A stretch of DNA of 64,000 bases, taken from assembly GCA_963976645.1 (NCBI GenBank), contig CAXBLK010000002.1:10159-74158 (forward strand), in the 5' to 3' direction. The stretch comes from an uncultured Rhodobacterales bacterium (GTDB lineage: Bacteria; Pseudomonadota; Alphaproteobacteria; Rhodobacterales; Rhodobacteraceae). This document shows positions 23,056 through 33,600 of this stretch, piece after piece. Both the position numbers and the translations under genes were made by a program. The notes under the pieces are model-generated. The model ran no database searches. It was not told the DNA's origin and saw nothing but the letters and a program-made list of their open reading frames with translations. How positions within the stretch are numbered: the first letter of the stretch is position 1; each line of letters opens with the position of its first letter.

Positions 23056-23063
23056 GTGAAACG
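23048..23063. promoter_or_regulatory. parS site 3 (15/16 match, contains the mnmG GTG start)
   Basis: TGTTTCACGTGAAACG. Confidence 0.92.
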
Positions 23064-23067
23064 CTCC

Positions 23068-24351
23068 CTACTTTCCGATGCAGAAAGATGAAAAAATACG
23101 ACCAAGAACGTCCTCTACATCCACGCGGCCCACAATACCGTCCAGACAGCGCAAAGCCTCTCTCAGCATCTGACTGACCAACTCCCAATAACCCTGCCCA
23201 AGATCGAGCATTTCCAGCGCCTCCGCAAGACATCGCTCCGCACGCTCTAACTTGTCGAAATGCCGCTGCCTGGAAAATGCCGATGATTCCCTTGTGGTCA
23301 TCTCCAGCCTGGTGACGATCTCACTCATCAGCCAGTCCAGGCCCTGCCCGGTCACAGCGCTAATTCCTTCGCGCCCGCGAAGATCGGACTTTGCCAAAAC
23401 AACGATGTCCTTGCTACAAACGACATCCTCCGGCTCCTCGTCCGGCTCAACCAACAAACAAATCCTGAGGTCCGCCTTCCGCGCGCGCGCCAGCCCCCGG
23501 TCTATCCCAACCCGCTCGATCTCGTCGTCAGTTTCACGCCACCCGGCCGTGTCCATGAGCGTTACGGCAAATCCACCAACGTCCATTCGAACCTCAATGA
23601 CGTCCCGAGTGGTCCCGGCACGCTCGGAGGTTATCGCCGCCTCCCGGCGCGACAGCGCATTAAGCAGCGTCGATTTCCCCGCATTCACCTTACCGACAAT
23701 CGCGACCTCAAAACCATCGCGAACCGTCTCCGCCGCCTTTCGGCCGGCGATCTGACTCTGAAGCCCCGCCCCCAGTCGCTCAAGGGGCGCCCTCACAAGT
23801 TCTGAAAGATCGTCGGGGATCTCTTCGTCCGCGAAGTCCATGGAAGCCTCGAGCATCGCCAAAGCTTCAAGCAGGTCTTCGCGCCACTGATCGACCAGCC
23901 TTCCGGCGGAACCATCAAGCATCTGCATCGCCTGTCGTCGCTGACCCTCGGTCTCCGCATCGATCAAGTCCGCGAGCGCCTCGACCTCGGTCAGATCCAT
24001 CTGGCCAGCGATGAACGCGCGTCGCGTAAACTCTCCCGGCTCCGCCGTCCGAACACCATCAATCGCCAGACAGGCGGCCAGTATCGCCGAGACCACGGCA
24101 ACGCTGCCGTGAACCTGAAATTCACAGATTTCTTCGCCTGTAAAACTGCGCCCTTCCCCGAAAACGAGCACCACACCGCGGTCAATCAACAAGCCGTCGG
24201 CGTTCCGCATCGCAGTCAGCGTCGCGACCCTCTCTTCAGGGACTCGGCCGCAGATCTGCTCACAAACGGACCACGCCAGCGAACCTGATACGCGGATGAC
24301 AGCCACACCGGCGCGGCCCCGCGCCGTTGCCAGGGCGACAATCGTATCCAT
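23068..24351 (-). CDS. mnmE: tRNA modification GTPase MnmE (TrmE)
   Basis: MDTIVALAT, GVAVIRVSG, SFTGE, PGEFTRRAF, GKVNAGKSTL, GTTRD, DTAG and C-terminal FCIGK. Confidence 0.97.
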   Translation of the reverse strand: MDTIVALATARGRAGVAVIRVSGSLAWSVCEQICGRVPEERVATLTAMRNADGLLIDRGVVLVFGEGRSFTGEEICEFQVHGSVAVVSAILAACLAIDGVRTAEPGEFTRRAFIAGQMDLTEVEALADLIDAETEGQRRQAMQMLDGSAGRLVDQWREDLLEALAMLEASMDFADEEIPDDLSELVRAPLERLGAGLQSQIAGRKAAETVRDGFEVAIVGKVNAGKSTLLNALSRREAAITSERAGTTRDVIEVRMDVGGFAVTLMDTAGWRETDDEIERVGIDRGLARARKADLRICLLVEPDEEPEDVVCSKDIVVLAKSDLRGREGISAVTGQGLDWLMSEIVTRLEMTTRESSAFSRQRHFDKLERAERCLAEALEMLDLGQGYWELVSQMLREALRCLDGIVGRVDVEDVLGRIFSSFCIGK

Positions 24352-24367
24352 GAAAACCCCCTGATCC

Positions 24368-25639
24368 TCAGGAATTCATCGAATCGAAGAACTCGCCATT
24401 CGTCTTGGTCTGTTTCAACTTGGATAGCAGGAATTCGATTGCATCCGTCGTCCCCATCGGGTTCAGAATGCGCCGCAACACAAAGGTCTTTTGCAAGTTC
24501 GAACGGTCAACCAGCAATTCTTCCTTCCGTGTGCCGGACTTCAGAATGTCCATTGCCGGGAACACGCGTTTGTCGGCAACCTTCCGGTCCAGCACAATCT
24601 CGCTGTTGCCGGTGCCCTTGAATTCCTCGAAAATCACCTCGTCCATCCGACTTCCGGTATCAATCAGAGCGGTGGCGATGATCGTCAGCGATCCGCCCTC
24701 CTCGATATTGCGTGCCGCACCAAAGAACCGCTTCGGGCGTTGCAGCGCATTCGCATCCACACCACCGGTCAAGACCTTGCCGGAAGACGGCACAGTCGTG
24801 TTGAACGCACGCCCAAGACGCGTGATCGAATCCAGCAAGATCACCACATCACGCTTGTGCTCCACCAACCGCTTGGCCTTTTCGATCACCATCTCGGCAA
24901 CCGCCACATGGCGCGAGGCAGGCTCATCGAAGGTCGAAGATACGACCTCGCCATTTACGGAACGCTGCATATCCGTGACTTCTTCAGGCCGTTCATCGAT
25001 CAACAGAACGATCAGATAACACTCCGGGTGATTGCTGGAAATAGAATGCGCGATGTTCTGCATCAGAACGGTCTTGCCCGTCCGAGGCGGCGCCACGATC
25101 AACGCGCGCTGTCCCTTCCCCAAAGGCACGACAATATCAATGATCCGCGCGGAACGGTCCTTTACCGTCGGATCTTCGATTTCCATTTTCATACGCTCAT
25201 CAGGATAGAGCGGCGTCAGGTTGTCAAAATGAACCTTGTGACGCGCCTGTGCGGGATCGTCGAAATTGATCCGCGTCACCTTGGTCAGGGCAAAATACTT
25301 CTCGTTTTCGCCCGGTGCCTGGATCACCCCCTCGATCGTGTCCCCGGTTCTCAGCGAAAACTGGCGGATCATGTCGGGCGAGACATAGATATCATCCGGG
25401 CCTGAGAGGTAATTCGCTTCTGTCGACCGCAAGAAACCGAACCCGTCCTGAAGCACCTCCAGAACGCCATCGCCGCCGACTTCCCAGCCTTCTTCGGCGC
25501 GTTCCTTCAGGATCGAGAACATCATCTCGCCCTTGCGCATCGACGGCGCATTTTCAATTTCCAGCTCTTCGGCCATCGCCAGCAAAGCCGCCGGTGTCTG
25601 CGCCTTCAGCTCAGACAAATTCAATCGGTTCTCGGTCAT
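24368..25639 (-). CDS. rho: Transcription termination factor Rho
   Basis: [42 protein letters not shown] and [11 protein letters not shown]. Confidence 0.98.
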   Translation of the reverse strand: MTENRLNLSELKAQTPAALLAMAEELEIENAPSMRKGEMMFSILKERAEEGWEVGGDGVLEVLQDGFGFLRSTEANYLSGPDDIYVSPDMIRQFSLRTGDTIEGVIQAPGENEKYFALTKVTRINFDDPAQARHKVHFDNLTPLYPDERMKMEIEDPTVKDRSARIIDIVVPLGKGQRALIVAPPRTGKTVLMQNIAHSISSNHPECYLIVLLIDERPEEVTDMQRSVNGEVVSSTFDEPASRHVAVAEMVIEKAKRLVEHKRDVVILLDSITRLGRAFNTTVPSSGKVLTGGVDANALQRPKRFFGAARNIEEGGSLTIIATALIDTGSRMDEVIFEEFKGTGNSEIVLDRKVADKRVFPAMDILKSGTRKEELLVDRSNLQKTFVLRRILNPMGTTDAIEFLLSKLKQTKTNGEFFDSMNS

Positions 25640-25739
25640 GAGAAAACCCCCAGGATACCCGCTGGTATCGGACCAAATGTGATTATCATCGGAAAACACG
25701 GATACCGGACGGTTCCGTCTTGGCGTCTCTTTATCGCCA

Positions 25740-26113
25740 TCAAACGGGCATGTCAATTTGGCCAGACGAAGCCCATCGCGCGGGATCTTCTTCCTAATAA
25801 AAGAAAGAATTGAGAAAGGATGATGATGTAGTAGGGGGCCGGGATAACCTCAATTCCTCAATTGTCCACAGCGCACAGGCCAACCGTCTTTGTAAAGGGT
25901 ATTCTGTTAATCTATATTATTCAACATCTTATCAGATCAAATCCCCCATGTTGGGCATCGTGCGGCTTTTGTCCACAGCCTGTTGATACGGTTTCTCCCT
26001 TGTGGAAAAACGCGGTCCGCCGCCTTGACAGATTGGGTATGACCGCGCCATCACCGCCACGGGGTTCGTTGTCCCCATGTTTGTCCAGCCCATCGCGCAC
26101 AGGCTTATCCACA
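25740..26113. other. Probable chromosomal replication origin (oriC)
   Basis: AT-rich gene-free gap between divergent rho and maf, next to parAB/parS. DnaA-box matches TTGTCCACA (25862-25870, 25969-25977), TGTGGAAAA (26001-26009) and TTATCCACA (26105-26113). Trinucleotide run GATGATGATGTAGTAG at 25819-25834. IHF-like ATTCAACATCTTA at 25919-25931. Confidence 0.85.
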
Positions 26114-26709
26114 TGACAATCCTGACCCTGGCATCCGGATCAGCCATTCGCGCGCGCCTTCTGCGCAATGCCGGGCTGGAAATTTCCGTCTCCCCGGCCC
26201 GGATCGATGAAGCGGCGATCCTTGATTCGCTACAGGCCGACGGCGCCACGCCGCATGACATTGCAGATGCCCTGGCAGAATTCAAATCCCAGCGCGTCGC
26301 CGCCAGGTTTCCGCAGTCGCTGGTTCTGGGATGTGATCAGCTGCTGGAATGCCAGGGCGTCCTGTATTCAAAGCCCGTGGATCAGCCGGATGCGCGCGCG
26401 CAGCTCGACCATCTGCGCGGCAAGACGCACCGGCTGTACACGGCCGCGGTGCTTTATGCCGAACAACAGCCCGTCTGGCGCCACGTTTCCACGCCAAGGC
26501 TGACAATGCGGCATTTCTCGGATGATTTTCTGAACCGCTATGTCGCCGACCACTGGCAGGATATCCGCAATTGCGTCGGCTGCTATCAGATCGAGGGCCC
26601 CGGCATCCGGCTGTTTTCCCAGGTTCAGGGCGATCTCTTCGCCATCCAGGGCTTGCCGCTGCTGGAGCTTCTGACCATCCTGATCCAGCGCAAGGATATC
26701 CCGGGATGA
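26113..26709 (+). CDS. maf: Maf-family nucleoside triphosphate pyrophosphatase
   Basis: LTLASGSAIRARLL, IDE, VLGCDQLL, YSKP and VGCYQIEG. Confidence 0.93.
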   Translation: MTILTLASGSAIRARLLRNAGLEISVSPARIDEAAILDSLQADGATPHDIADALAEFKSQRVAARFPQSLVLGCDQLLECQGVLYSKPVDQPDARAQLDHLRGKTHRLYTAAVLYAEQQPVWRHVSTPRLTMRHFSDDFLNRYVADHWQDIRNCVGCYQIEGPGIRLFSQVQGDLFAIQGLPLLELLTILIQRKDIPG

Positions 26710-27530
26710 TCCACGCAATCCCCCTGGCCGCCGTCATCGGCGACCCCATCGCGCATAGCCGCTCGCCGGCCCTGCATGGCCACTGGTTACACCGCTACGG
26801 CTTGCCGGGTCACTACGTGCCGCTGCCCATCACACCGGACGATTTTGCGCGGCTTTTGCCCTTGTTGCCGCGCATGGGTTTCGTCGGCGCCAACGTGACA
26901 ATCCCGCACAAACAGGCCGCCCTGGCTCTTGCTGACGTCGTAACCCCACTGGCGCTGCGGATCGGCGCGGCGAACACCTTGACCTTCACCCCTCGCGGGA
27001 TCGAGGCCGACAACACCGACGCCTATGGGTTTTCGCACAACATTCTCGGCGCACTGCCCCAATGGGCCCCCCGAACCGTGGCCGTGATTGGCGCGGGCGG
27101 CGCCAGCCGCGCAGTCCTTGCCGCGCTGAAGGATCTGGGCGCCGCCGAGATCCGCCTGACAAACCGGACGGCTGACCGCGCGCAGCGCCTGGCCGAACGC
27201 TTCGGACCGGGGGTGATCCCCGTGCCCTGGGAAAACCGGTCCGACATGCTGGAGGGCTGCGACACGCTGATCAACACCACATCGCTTGGAATGGTCAACA
27301 GTCCTGCCCTGTCTCTGGACCTCGGGGCCCTGCCCCGTGACGCCATCGTCAACGATCTGGTCTACGCCCCGCTGGAGACCGATCTTCTGGCCGCCGCCCG
27401 CCCGCGCGGCAACGCCTGCGTGGACGGGTTGGGCATGTTGCTGCATCAGGCCGCGCCCGGCTTTCACCGATGGTTCGGCACCAATCCGCAGGTTGACGAG
27501 GAACTGCGCCGCGCGGTGTTGTTGGCATGA
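26706..27530 (+). CDS. aroE: Shikimate dehydrogenase
   Basis: VIGDPIAHSRSP, GANVTIPHK, GAANT, NTD, GAGGA, NTTSLG and GLGMLLHQA. Confidence 0.96.
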   Translation: MIHAIPLAAVIGDPIAHSRSPALHGHWLHRYGLPGHYVPLPITPDDFARLLPLLPRMGFVGANVTIPHKQAALALADVVTPLALRIGAANTLTFTPRGIEADNTDAYGFSHNILGALPQWAPRTVAVIGAGGASRAVLAALKDLGAAEIRLTNRTADRAQRLAERFGPGVIPVPWENRSDMLEGCDTLINTTSLGMVNSPALSLDLGALPRDAIVNDLVYAPLETDLLAAARPRGNACVDGLGMLLHQAAPGFHRWFGTNPQVDEELRRAVLLA

Positions 27531-28126
27531 GCATCATTCTTGGCCTCACCGGCTCCATCGGCATGGGCAAATCCACCACCGCCCGGATGTTCGCCGATCG
27601 GGGCCTTCCGGTCTGGGATGCGGACGCCGCCGTGCATCGGCTCTATGCCCCCGGCCAGCCCGCCGCGCTGGCTGTCGGCGCGCTGTTTCCCGGCGTGATG
27701 GATGCGGATGGCAGTGTCAGCCGCCCGCTTCTGCTCGCCTTGATCGCGCAGGATCCTACCGTCATGGACCGGCTGAATGCCGCAGTGCACCCCCTTGTCG
27801 CTATCGATCGCGCGGCGTTCATTCGGGCCCATCCGGGCGCCGATATCATCGTCGTCGATGTGCCCTTGCTGTTTGAAACCGGCGGCGACACGGCTTGCGA
27901 TTATACGGTCGTCGTCAGCGCGCCCTTCGCGGACCAACGCGCCCGCGTTCTGGCGCGCGGCATGACCGAGGCAGAGTTCCAGACGATCCTTGCCCGCCAG
28001 ACGCCCGATGCCGAGAAACGCAGGCGCGCCGATTACGTGATCGAAACAACCAGCCTCGACACGGCGCGCGCCGGGGTCGATGATGTTCTGGCCGATATCC
28101 GCCGCCAAAGGACCGCCCATGCGTGA
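27527..28126 (+). CDS. coaE: Dephospho-CoA kinase
   Basis: GLTGSIGMGKST, DAD, HPLV and DVPLLFE. Confidence 0.96.
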   Translation: MSIILGLTGSIGMGKSTTARMFADRGLPVWDADAAVHRLYAPGQPAALAVGALFPGVMDADGSVSRPLLLALIAQDPTVMDRLNAAVHPLVAIDRAAFIRAHPGADIIVVDVPLLFETGGDTACDYTVVVSAPFADQRARVLARGMTEAEFQTILARQTPDAEKRRRADYVIETTSLDTARAGVDDVLADIRRQRTAHA

Positions 28127-28814
28127 GATCGTTCTGGATACCGAAACCACCGGACTGGACCCGTTTGAGGGGCATCGCCTGGTCGAAATCGGCGCGGTCG
28201 AACTGCAAGGCCACATGCCGACCGGGCGGCACTATCACCAATACATCAACCCCCAGCGCGACATGCCCCCCGAGGCCTTCGCGGTGCACGGGTTGGGCGA
28301 TGATTTCCTGCGCGACAAGCCCCTGTTCGCGCAGATCGCCGACGAATTTCTGGCCTTCGTCAAAGGCGGCACACTGGTGATCCACAACGCGGCTTTCGAC
28401 ATGAAGTTCCTGAACGCCGAGCTGGATTGGGCCAGGAAACCCCAGCTTCCAACCCAGGGCGTGGTCGATACCCTGGCCATCGCCCGGCGCCGCTTTCCTG
28501 GCTCGCCCGCCTCGCTCGACGCCCTGTGCCGTCGGTTTGGCATCGACAATTCCGCGCGCGACCTGCACGGCGCCTTGCTGGACAGTGAAATCCTGGCCGA
28601 GGTGTATCTGGAACTGATGGGCGGGCGGCAGCCGGATTTCGCGCTGTCCACGACCTCGGACCAGGGCAACAGGGCGCAGGTCCAGACCGATTGGCACCCG
28701 CCGCCGCGCCCCTCGCCGCTGCCCCCCCGTCTGAGCGCCGACGAAAAGGCCCGGCATGAGGCGTTTGTCCAGAAGCTGGGCGATTCGGCGATCTGGCGCC
28801 GCTATGACGCCTGA
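28119..28814 (+). CDS. dnaQ: DNA polymerase III epsilon subunit
   Basis: MREIVLDTETTGL, HNAAFDMKFL, SLDALCRRFGIDNS and HGALLDSEILAEVY. Confidence 0.97.
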   Translation: MREIVLDTETTGLDPFEGHRLVEIGAVELQGHMPTGRHYHQYINPQRDMPPEAFAVHGLGDDFLRDKPLFAQIADEFLAFVKGGTLVIHNAAFDMKFLNAELDWARKPQLPTQGVVDTLAIARRRFPGSPASLDALCRRFGIDNSARDLHGALLDSEILAEVYLELMGGRQPDFALSTTSDQGNRAQVQTDWHPPPRPSPLPPRLSADEKARHEAFVQKLGDSAIWRRYDA

Positions 28815-30024
28815 GAATTCCTGCGCCCTGGTGATTGGCGCCGGCCCGGCGGGTCTGATGGCCGCCGATGCCCTGTTGCGCGCGGGTCTGCGCGTTGTCA
28901 TGGCCGAGGCCAGGCCTTCACCCGCGCGCAAGCTGCTGATGGCGGGAAAATCCGGGCTGAACATTACCAAGGACGAGGACAAGGACCTGTTCCTGACCCG
29001 CTACGCCGAGGCCGCCGACTGGCTGCGCCCGATGATTGCCGCCTTCGGCCCGGCGCAGGTCCGGTCCTGGGCGCGGGAACAGGGCCAGACAGTGTTCACC
29101 GGGTCAAGCGGCCGGGTGTTTCCCAGATCCATGAAGGCCTCACCGCTGTTGCGCCATTGGCTGGCCGATCTGGCGGCGCGCGGGCTGGACCTGCGCACCC
29201 GCTGGCGCTGGACCGGGTTGCAGGGCAGCGAAGTCGGTTTCGAAACCCCGCAAGGCCCCCGAACCCTGCACCCGGCGGTAACGGTCCTGGCCCTGGGCGG
29301 GGCCAGCTGGGCGCGGCTTGGGTCGGATGGCGCCTGGGCGGCGATCCTGGCGCGGCATCGGGTGCCGCTTGCGCCTTTCCAGCCTGCGAATATCGGCTTT
29401 CAGGTTTCCTGGACGCCCCACATGGCCCCGCATTTCGGCGCGCCGCTGAAATCCATCGCGCTGACCTGTGGCGCGCAGCGGATCGAGGCCGAGGCAGTGA
29501 TCTCCAGCGACGGGATCGAAGGCGGCGGCATTTATGCCGTCAGCCGCGCCTTGCGCCGGGGCGCGCCGCTGTTTATTGACCTTTTTCCAAGGCAAGGCGT
29601 TGATTTGATAGCGAATAAGCTAACCAATCGACCCCAGGGAGAAACCCGCGTCAACACGCTGCGCAAGGCGTTGAAGCTAAGCGGCGCGCGGCTGGCGCTG
29701 GCGCTGGAATGCGCAAACCCCCTGCCCGGTGACCCAACGCAGGCCGCGATGCGCCTCAAGGCGCTGCCGGTTCCGGTCACCGGGCCGCGCCCGATGGATC
29801 AGGCGATTTCCACGGCGGGGGGCATCCCACAGGCGGCTTTGACAGACGGGCTGATGCTGCGCGCCCTGCCCGGCGTTTTTGTCGCCGGCGAAATGCTGGA
29901 TTGGGAGGCCCCGACAGGCGGCTATCTGCTCACCGCCTGCCTGGCGACCGGCCGATGGGCGGGCGACCACGCGGCGCGTTGGTTACTGGAAAACCCCGGT
30001 CAGGATCAGCCTGCTGCCGATTGA
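28804..30024 (+). CDS. HI0933/BaiN-like NAD(P)/FAD-dependent flavoprotein
   Basis: IGAGPAGLMAA, KLLMAGKSGLNIT, GSSGRVFP, LALGGASW, AISTAGG and GEMLDWEAPTGGYLLT. Confidence 0.88.
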   Translation: MTPENSCALVIGAGPAGLMAADALLRAGLRVVMAEARPSPARKLLMAGKSGLNITKDEDKDLFLTRYAEAADWLRPMIAAFGPAQVRSWAREQGQTVFTGSSGRVFPRSMKASPLLRHWLADLAARGLDLRTRWRWTGLQGSEVGFETPQGPRTLHPAVTVLALGGASWARLGSDGAWAAILARHRVPLAPFQPANIGFQVSWTPHMAPHFGAPLKSIALTCGAQRIEAEAVISSDGIEGGGIYAVSRALRRGAPLFIDLFPRQGVDLIANKLTNRPQGETRVNTLRKALKLSGARLALALECANPLPGDPTQAAMRLKALPVPVTGPRPMDQAISTAGGIPQAALTDGLMLRALPGVFVAGEMLDWEAPTGGYLLTACLATGRWAGDHAARWLLENPGQDQPAAD

Positions 30025-30648
30025 AAACCGCCCCGCGATGGTATCGCCTGCGCGAAACGGCGCGACGGCGCCCTGAAACACCGCCTTGAATGTGCGATCG
30101 CCGGGAAACACTGTGATACCCAGCGTGTCAAACCCGAAGATTTGCCCGCTGCGGGGAAACTGCGCCTTGTAGGCGCACTCCTTGATGCTGAAGATCAGCC
30201 GCGCGGCCCGGCCCGGTGTTTCCTGCGCCGTGACCCAGGCCCGTTCCTCGTCGGTCAGCACTGTTGACCAAATGTCACCGGGCAGATCTTCATCCAGTTC
30301 CAGATCGATACCGATCATCGAACCCGCCGCGCCAGCGACTGCCAGCGCCCATTCCCCGGCATGGGTGACAGATCCGGTTGTGCCGCCAGGCCAGACGGGC
30401 GCGCGGTTCGCTGCCATGGGAATCGCGGTGTCCTGCCCCAGGGCAAGGCGCGCGGCCTGCCGACCAGCGGCGAATTCCCGCCGCCGCGCGGGGATCGCCC
30501 CGGCGATGGCGGGCTTTTCGATATCGAACAGCGCCCCAGGATCGGCATCGGCGATCTGCACAATGCCAACCCCGGCCGAGGCCCCAAACACCCCGGTCGC
30601 CATGCGGCCAAGCGATTGCCGGCGGCTGATGGTGTCTGCGGCGCTCAC
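29983..30648 (-). CDS. 4'-phosphopantetheinyl transferase (EntD/Sfp-like)
   Basis: RRREFAAGR, PVWPGGTTGSVTH, IGIDLE and FSIKECAYKAQ. ATGA-coupled to the NRPS. Confidence 0.9.
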   Translation of the reverse strand: MSAADTISRRQSLGRMATGVFGASAGVGIVQIADADPGALFDIEKPAIAGAIPARRREFAAGRQAARLALGQDTAIPMAANRAPVWPGGTTGSVTHAGEWALAVAGAAGSMIGIDLELDEDLPGDIWSTVLTDEERAWVTAQETPGRAARLIFSIKECAYKAQFPRSGQIFGFDTLGITVFPGDRTFKAVFQGAVAPFRAGDTIAGRFSIGSRLILTGVFQ

Positions 30649-33600
30649 CCCAACCGGCTCAGCCGTTCCGCGCGCATCGCCCGGCGGCGTGACATGGCAT
30701 CCTGGCGCCCGCGCGCCGCCTGGCTTTCCGCCCGCGCGCCAAACCCGGCCGCGTCGGAATCTGGCGCGCCGGATTCTGCCGTGGCCGGCACCGGGCTTAC
30801 CGGTTTCAGCTTAGCGTCGATATGACCTGCCAGCGCCGACAGGACCGGGAAGCGGAACACATCGGTGATCGACAAACCGGGCAACGACAGGGCTTCGCGA
30901 ATGTCGCGGTGCGCCTGCACGGCCAGCAAGGAATGCCCGCCCAGCAGGAAGAAGTTGTCGGTCGGTTTGACATCGCCAACACCCAGAACCGCGCGCCAGA
31001 TCTCGGCAATCCGGGCCAGCGTATCGCCGCCATTGGCCGCGACCGGCGCTTCAAACACGGCAGGGCGAACGATACCGGGTGCGGGCAGCGCCTTGCGGTC
31101 GATCTTCTTGTTCGGGGTCAGCGGGAACTGTTCCAACTTGACGACATGCGCGGGCACCAGATGCGCGGGAAGCGTTTCGGCAAGGGCGCTGCGCAAGCCT
31201 GATCCATCGGCGCTGCCGGTGACATAGGCCACCAGCCGCACATCGCCCGGCGCGTCCTCTCGCGGGATGACCACGCTTTGGGTGACGCCGGGCAGGGCGT
31301 CCAGCGCGGTTTCGATTTCCCCCAGCTCGATGCGGAAGCCCCGGATCTTGACCTGATGATCGGCGCGGCCCAGGAAATCCACCGTGCCATCGGCGCGCAG
31401 GCGCACCAGATCGCCGGTCCGATACATCCGCCCCGGTGCAAAGGGATTGTCGATGAAACGATCCGCGGTCAGGCCCGGTTGGCGCCAGTAGCCGCGCGCC
31501 ACACCTGCGCCGCCAATCCACAATTCCCCCTCGGCCCCGACAGGCACCGGGTTTCGCGCCGCGTTCAGAACATGCAGCGTCGTGTTGGCAATGGGCGTGC
31601 CGATCCCGACAACCCCGTCACCGCCCCGGCTCTGGCTGGTTGTCGACCAGATGGTGGTCTCGGTCGGGCCATACATGTTCTGCACCGGCGCCCCGGTGAT
31701 CTGTGCCAGATCCTGCGCCAGCGCACCCGGCAGCGCCTCTCCGCCGATCATCATGTGATCGACGCGGGCCAGCGCCGCGCGCGCGTCATCGTTCTCCACG
31801 ATCATGCGCGCCATCGAAGGCGTGCATTGCAGATGACTGACACCGTGCCGCCGGATCTGCGCCGACAGCGAAAAGTCGTCTTCGGCCAGTTGCGTGGGCG
31901 CATTGGAGCGTCGCAACACCTCGGCCAGCGGATAGAGCCCCTCGAGCACCTGCTGAACCGGGATGCCATAGTCGATCAGGCAACCGATTTCATCGACGCC
32001 AATCGCCTTGAGCTGCTCCACGCGGCGCAAGCAATCCTCGACCGTGCCGAACAGGCCCGAATCTTCAAAATACCGGTTAAAGGCGTAATCCAGAATGCCG
32101 TCTACCTCATCCTGGCTCAGGCTGGCCAGGTCGATATCCATGGGATTGGACACGCCCTTGGGTTTCTTGAAGGCCGGGAAGGCCCAGGCGTATTGCTTGA
32201 CCAGCCCGGCGGCGGCCAGCAGGTAGGTCTTCATCGGCTCGCGCGCGGTGTCGCGGGCCAGGTCGCGGCTGCGCGCAACATAGGTGTGCAGCATCAGCGT
32301 GACGCTGAAATCCTTGGGGTCATGGCCCGCCTTGCGCAGCGCCTCGTGGTAGATCTTGATCTTGCCCGCAACCTCGTCGATCGACTGGCCCAGCAGATGC
32401 GTCAGCACATTCGCGCCGATTTCGCCGGCCTCGCGCCAGGTATCGGGGTTGCCGGCGATGGTCAGCCACAGCGGCAGTTCCTTGGACACCGGGCGCGGCA
32501 GCGACTGCACGCTGCGGGTTTCGCCGTTGTGATCGAATTCGACCGATTCGCCGCGCCACAGGCGGCGGATCTTGTCGATCGTGTCGAACATCGCCGCCTT
32601 GTTGCCCGGCACGCTGTTTTCCGGGCGCAGCACGAAATCCACCGGGTGCCAGCCGCTGGCGATGCCCAGCCCGGCGCGCCCGTCGGTCAGGTTGTCGATC
32701 ACCGCCCAGTCTTCGGCGATGCGGATCGGATGATGCAGCGGCGCCACGCAAGAGCCTGAGCGCACGGCGATGTTCTTCGTCACCGCCGCCACGGCGGCAC
32801 CCGTCACCGCCGGATTGGGATAGGGTCCGCCGAACGCGTGAAAATGGCGCTCGGGCGTCCAGACGGCCGAGAACCCGTGGGTATCGGCGAATTTCGCGCC
32901 TTCCAGCAGCAATTCATATTTCTGTGGACCGGGACCATCGTCATTGCCCCAGTAGAACAGGCTGAAATCCATCGGCTTGTCCGACACAGGCAAGGAGCCG
33001 CCCGAGACCAGCATCCGGTCCTGATCCGATGTCAGAACCAGCTTGAAGCCGCGCGACAGGGTCCAGAACAGTTCCAGCACGGAAATATCGAAGGACAGCG
33101 AGGTCACGGCCAGCCAAACGCCCGCCGGATCATGCTGAATGCGGTCATCCATCCCGGCAAAGAAATTGGCCACGTTGCGGTGCTCGACCATCACGCCCTT
33201 TGGCAGGCCTGTCGAACCCGAGGTGTAGATCAGATAGGCCAGATTTTCAGGCCCGGCCCCGGATTGCGGATTCTCGTTGCTGGCCCGCGCCAGGCGGATA
33301 TCAGTGTCCAGCACCAACAACTCGCCGGTGTGTTCCGGCAACGTATCGATCAGCGCCGATTGGGTGACGATCACGGGCGCGGCGCTGTCGGTCAGGAAAT
33401 GGCGCAGGCGGTCGGCGGGATAGGACGGATCCATCGGCACATAGGCGCCGCCAGCTTTCAGGATGCCCAGCGCGCCGATCAGCAATTCCGGCGCGCGGCG
33501 GGTGCACAGCGCAACCGCGACATCGGGCCCGACGCCCATATCCTGCAACACCGCCGCCACCCTGTTGGCGCGCGCGTTCAGGTCGCCATAGGTCAGGGTT

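Noticed and set aside
25862-26285. Short ORFs within the rho-maf intergenic region
   Set aside because: They overlap DnaA boxes and the AT-rich origin or lie antisense to maf, and show no coding signature.
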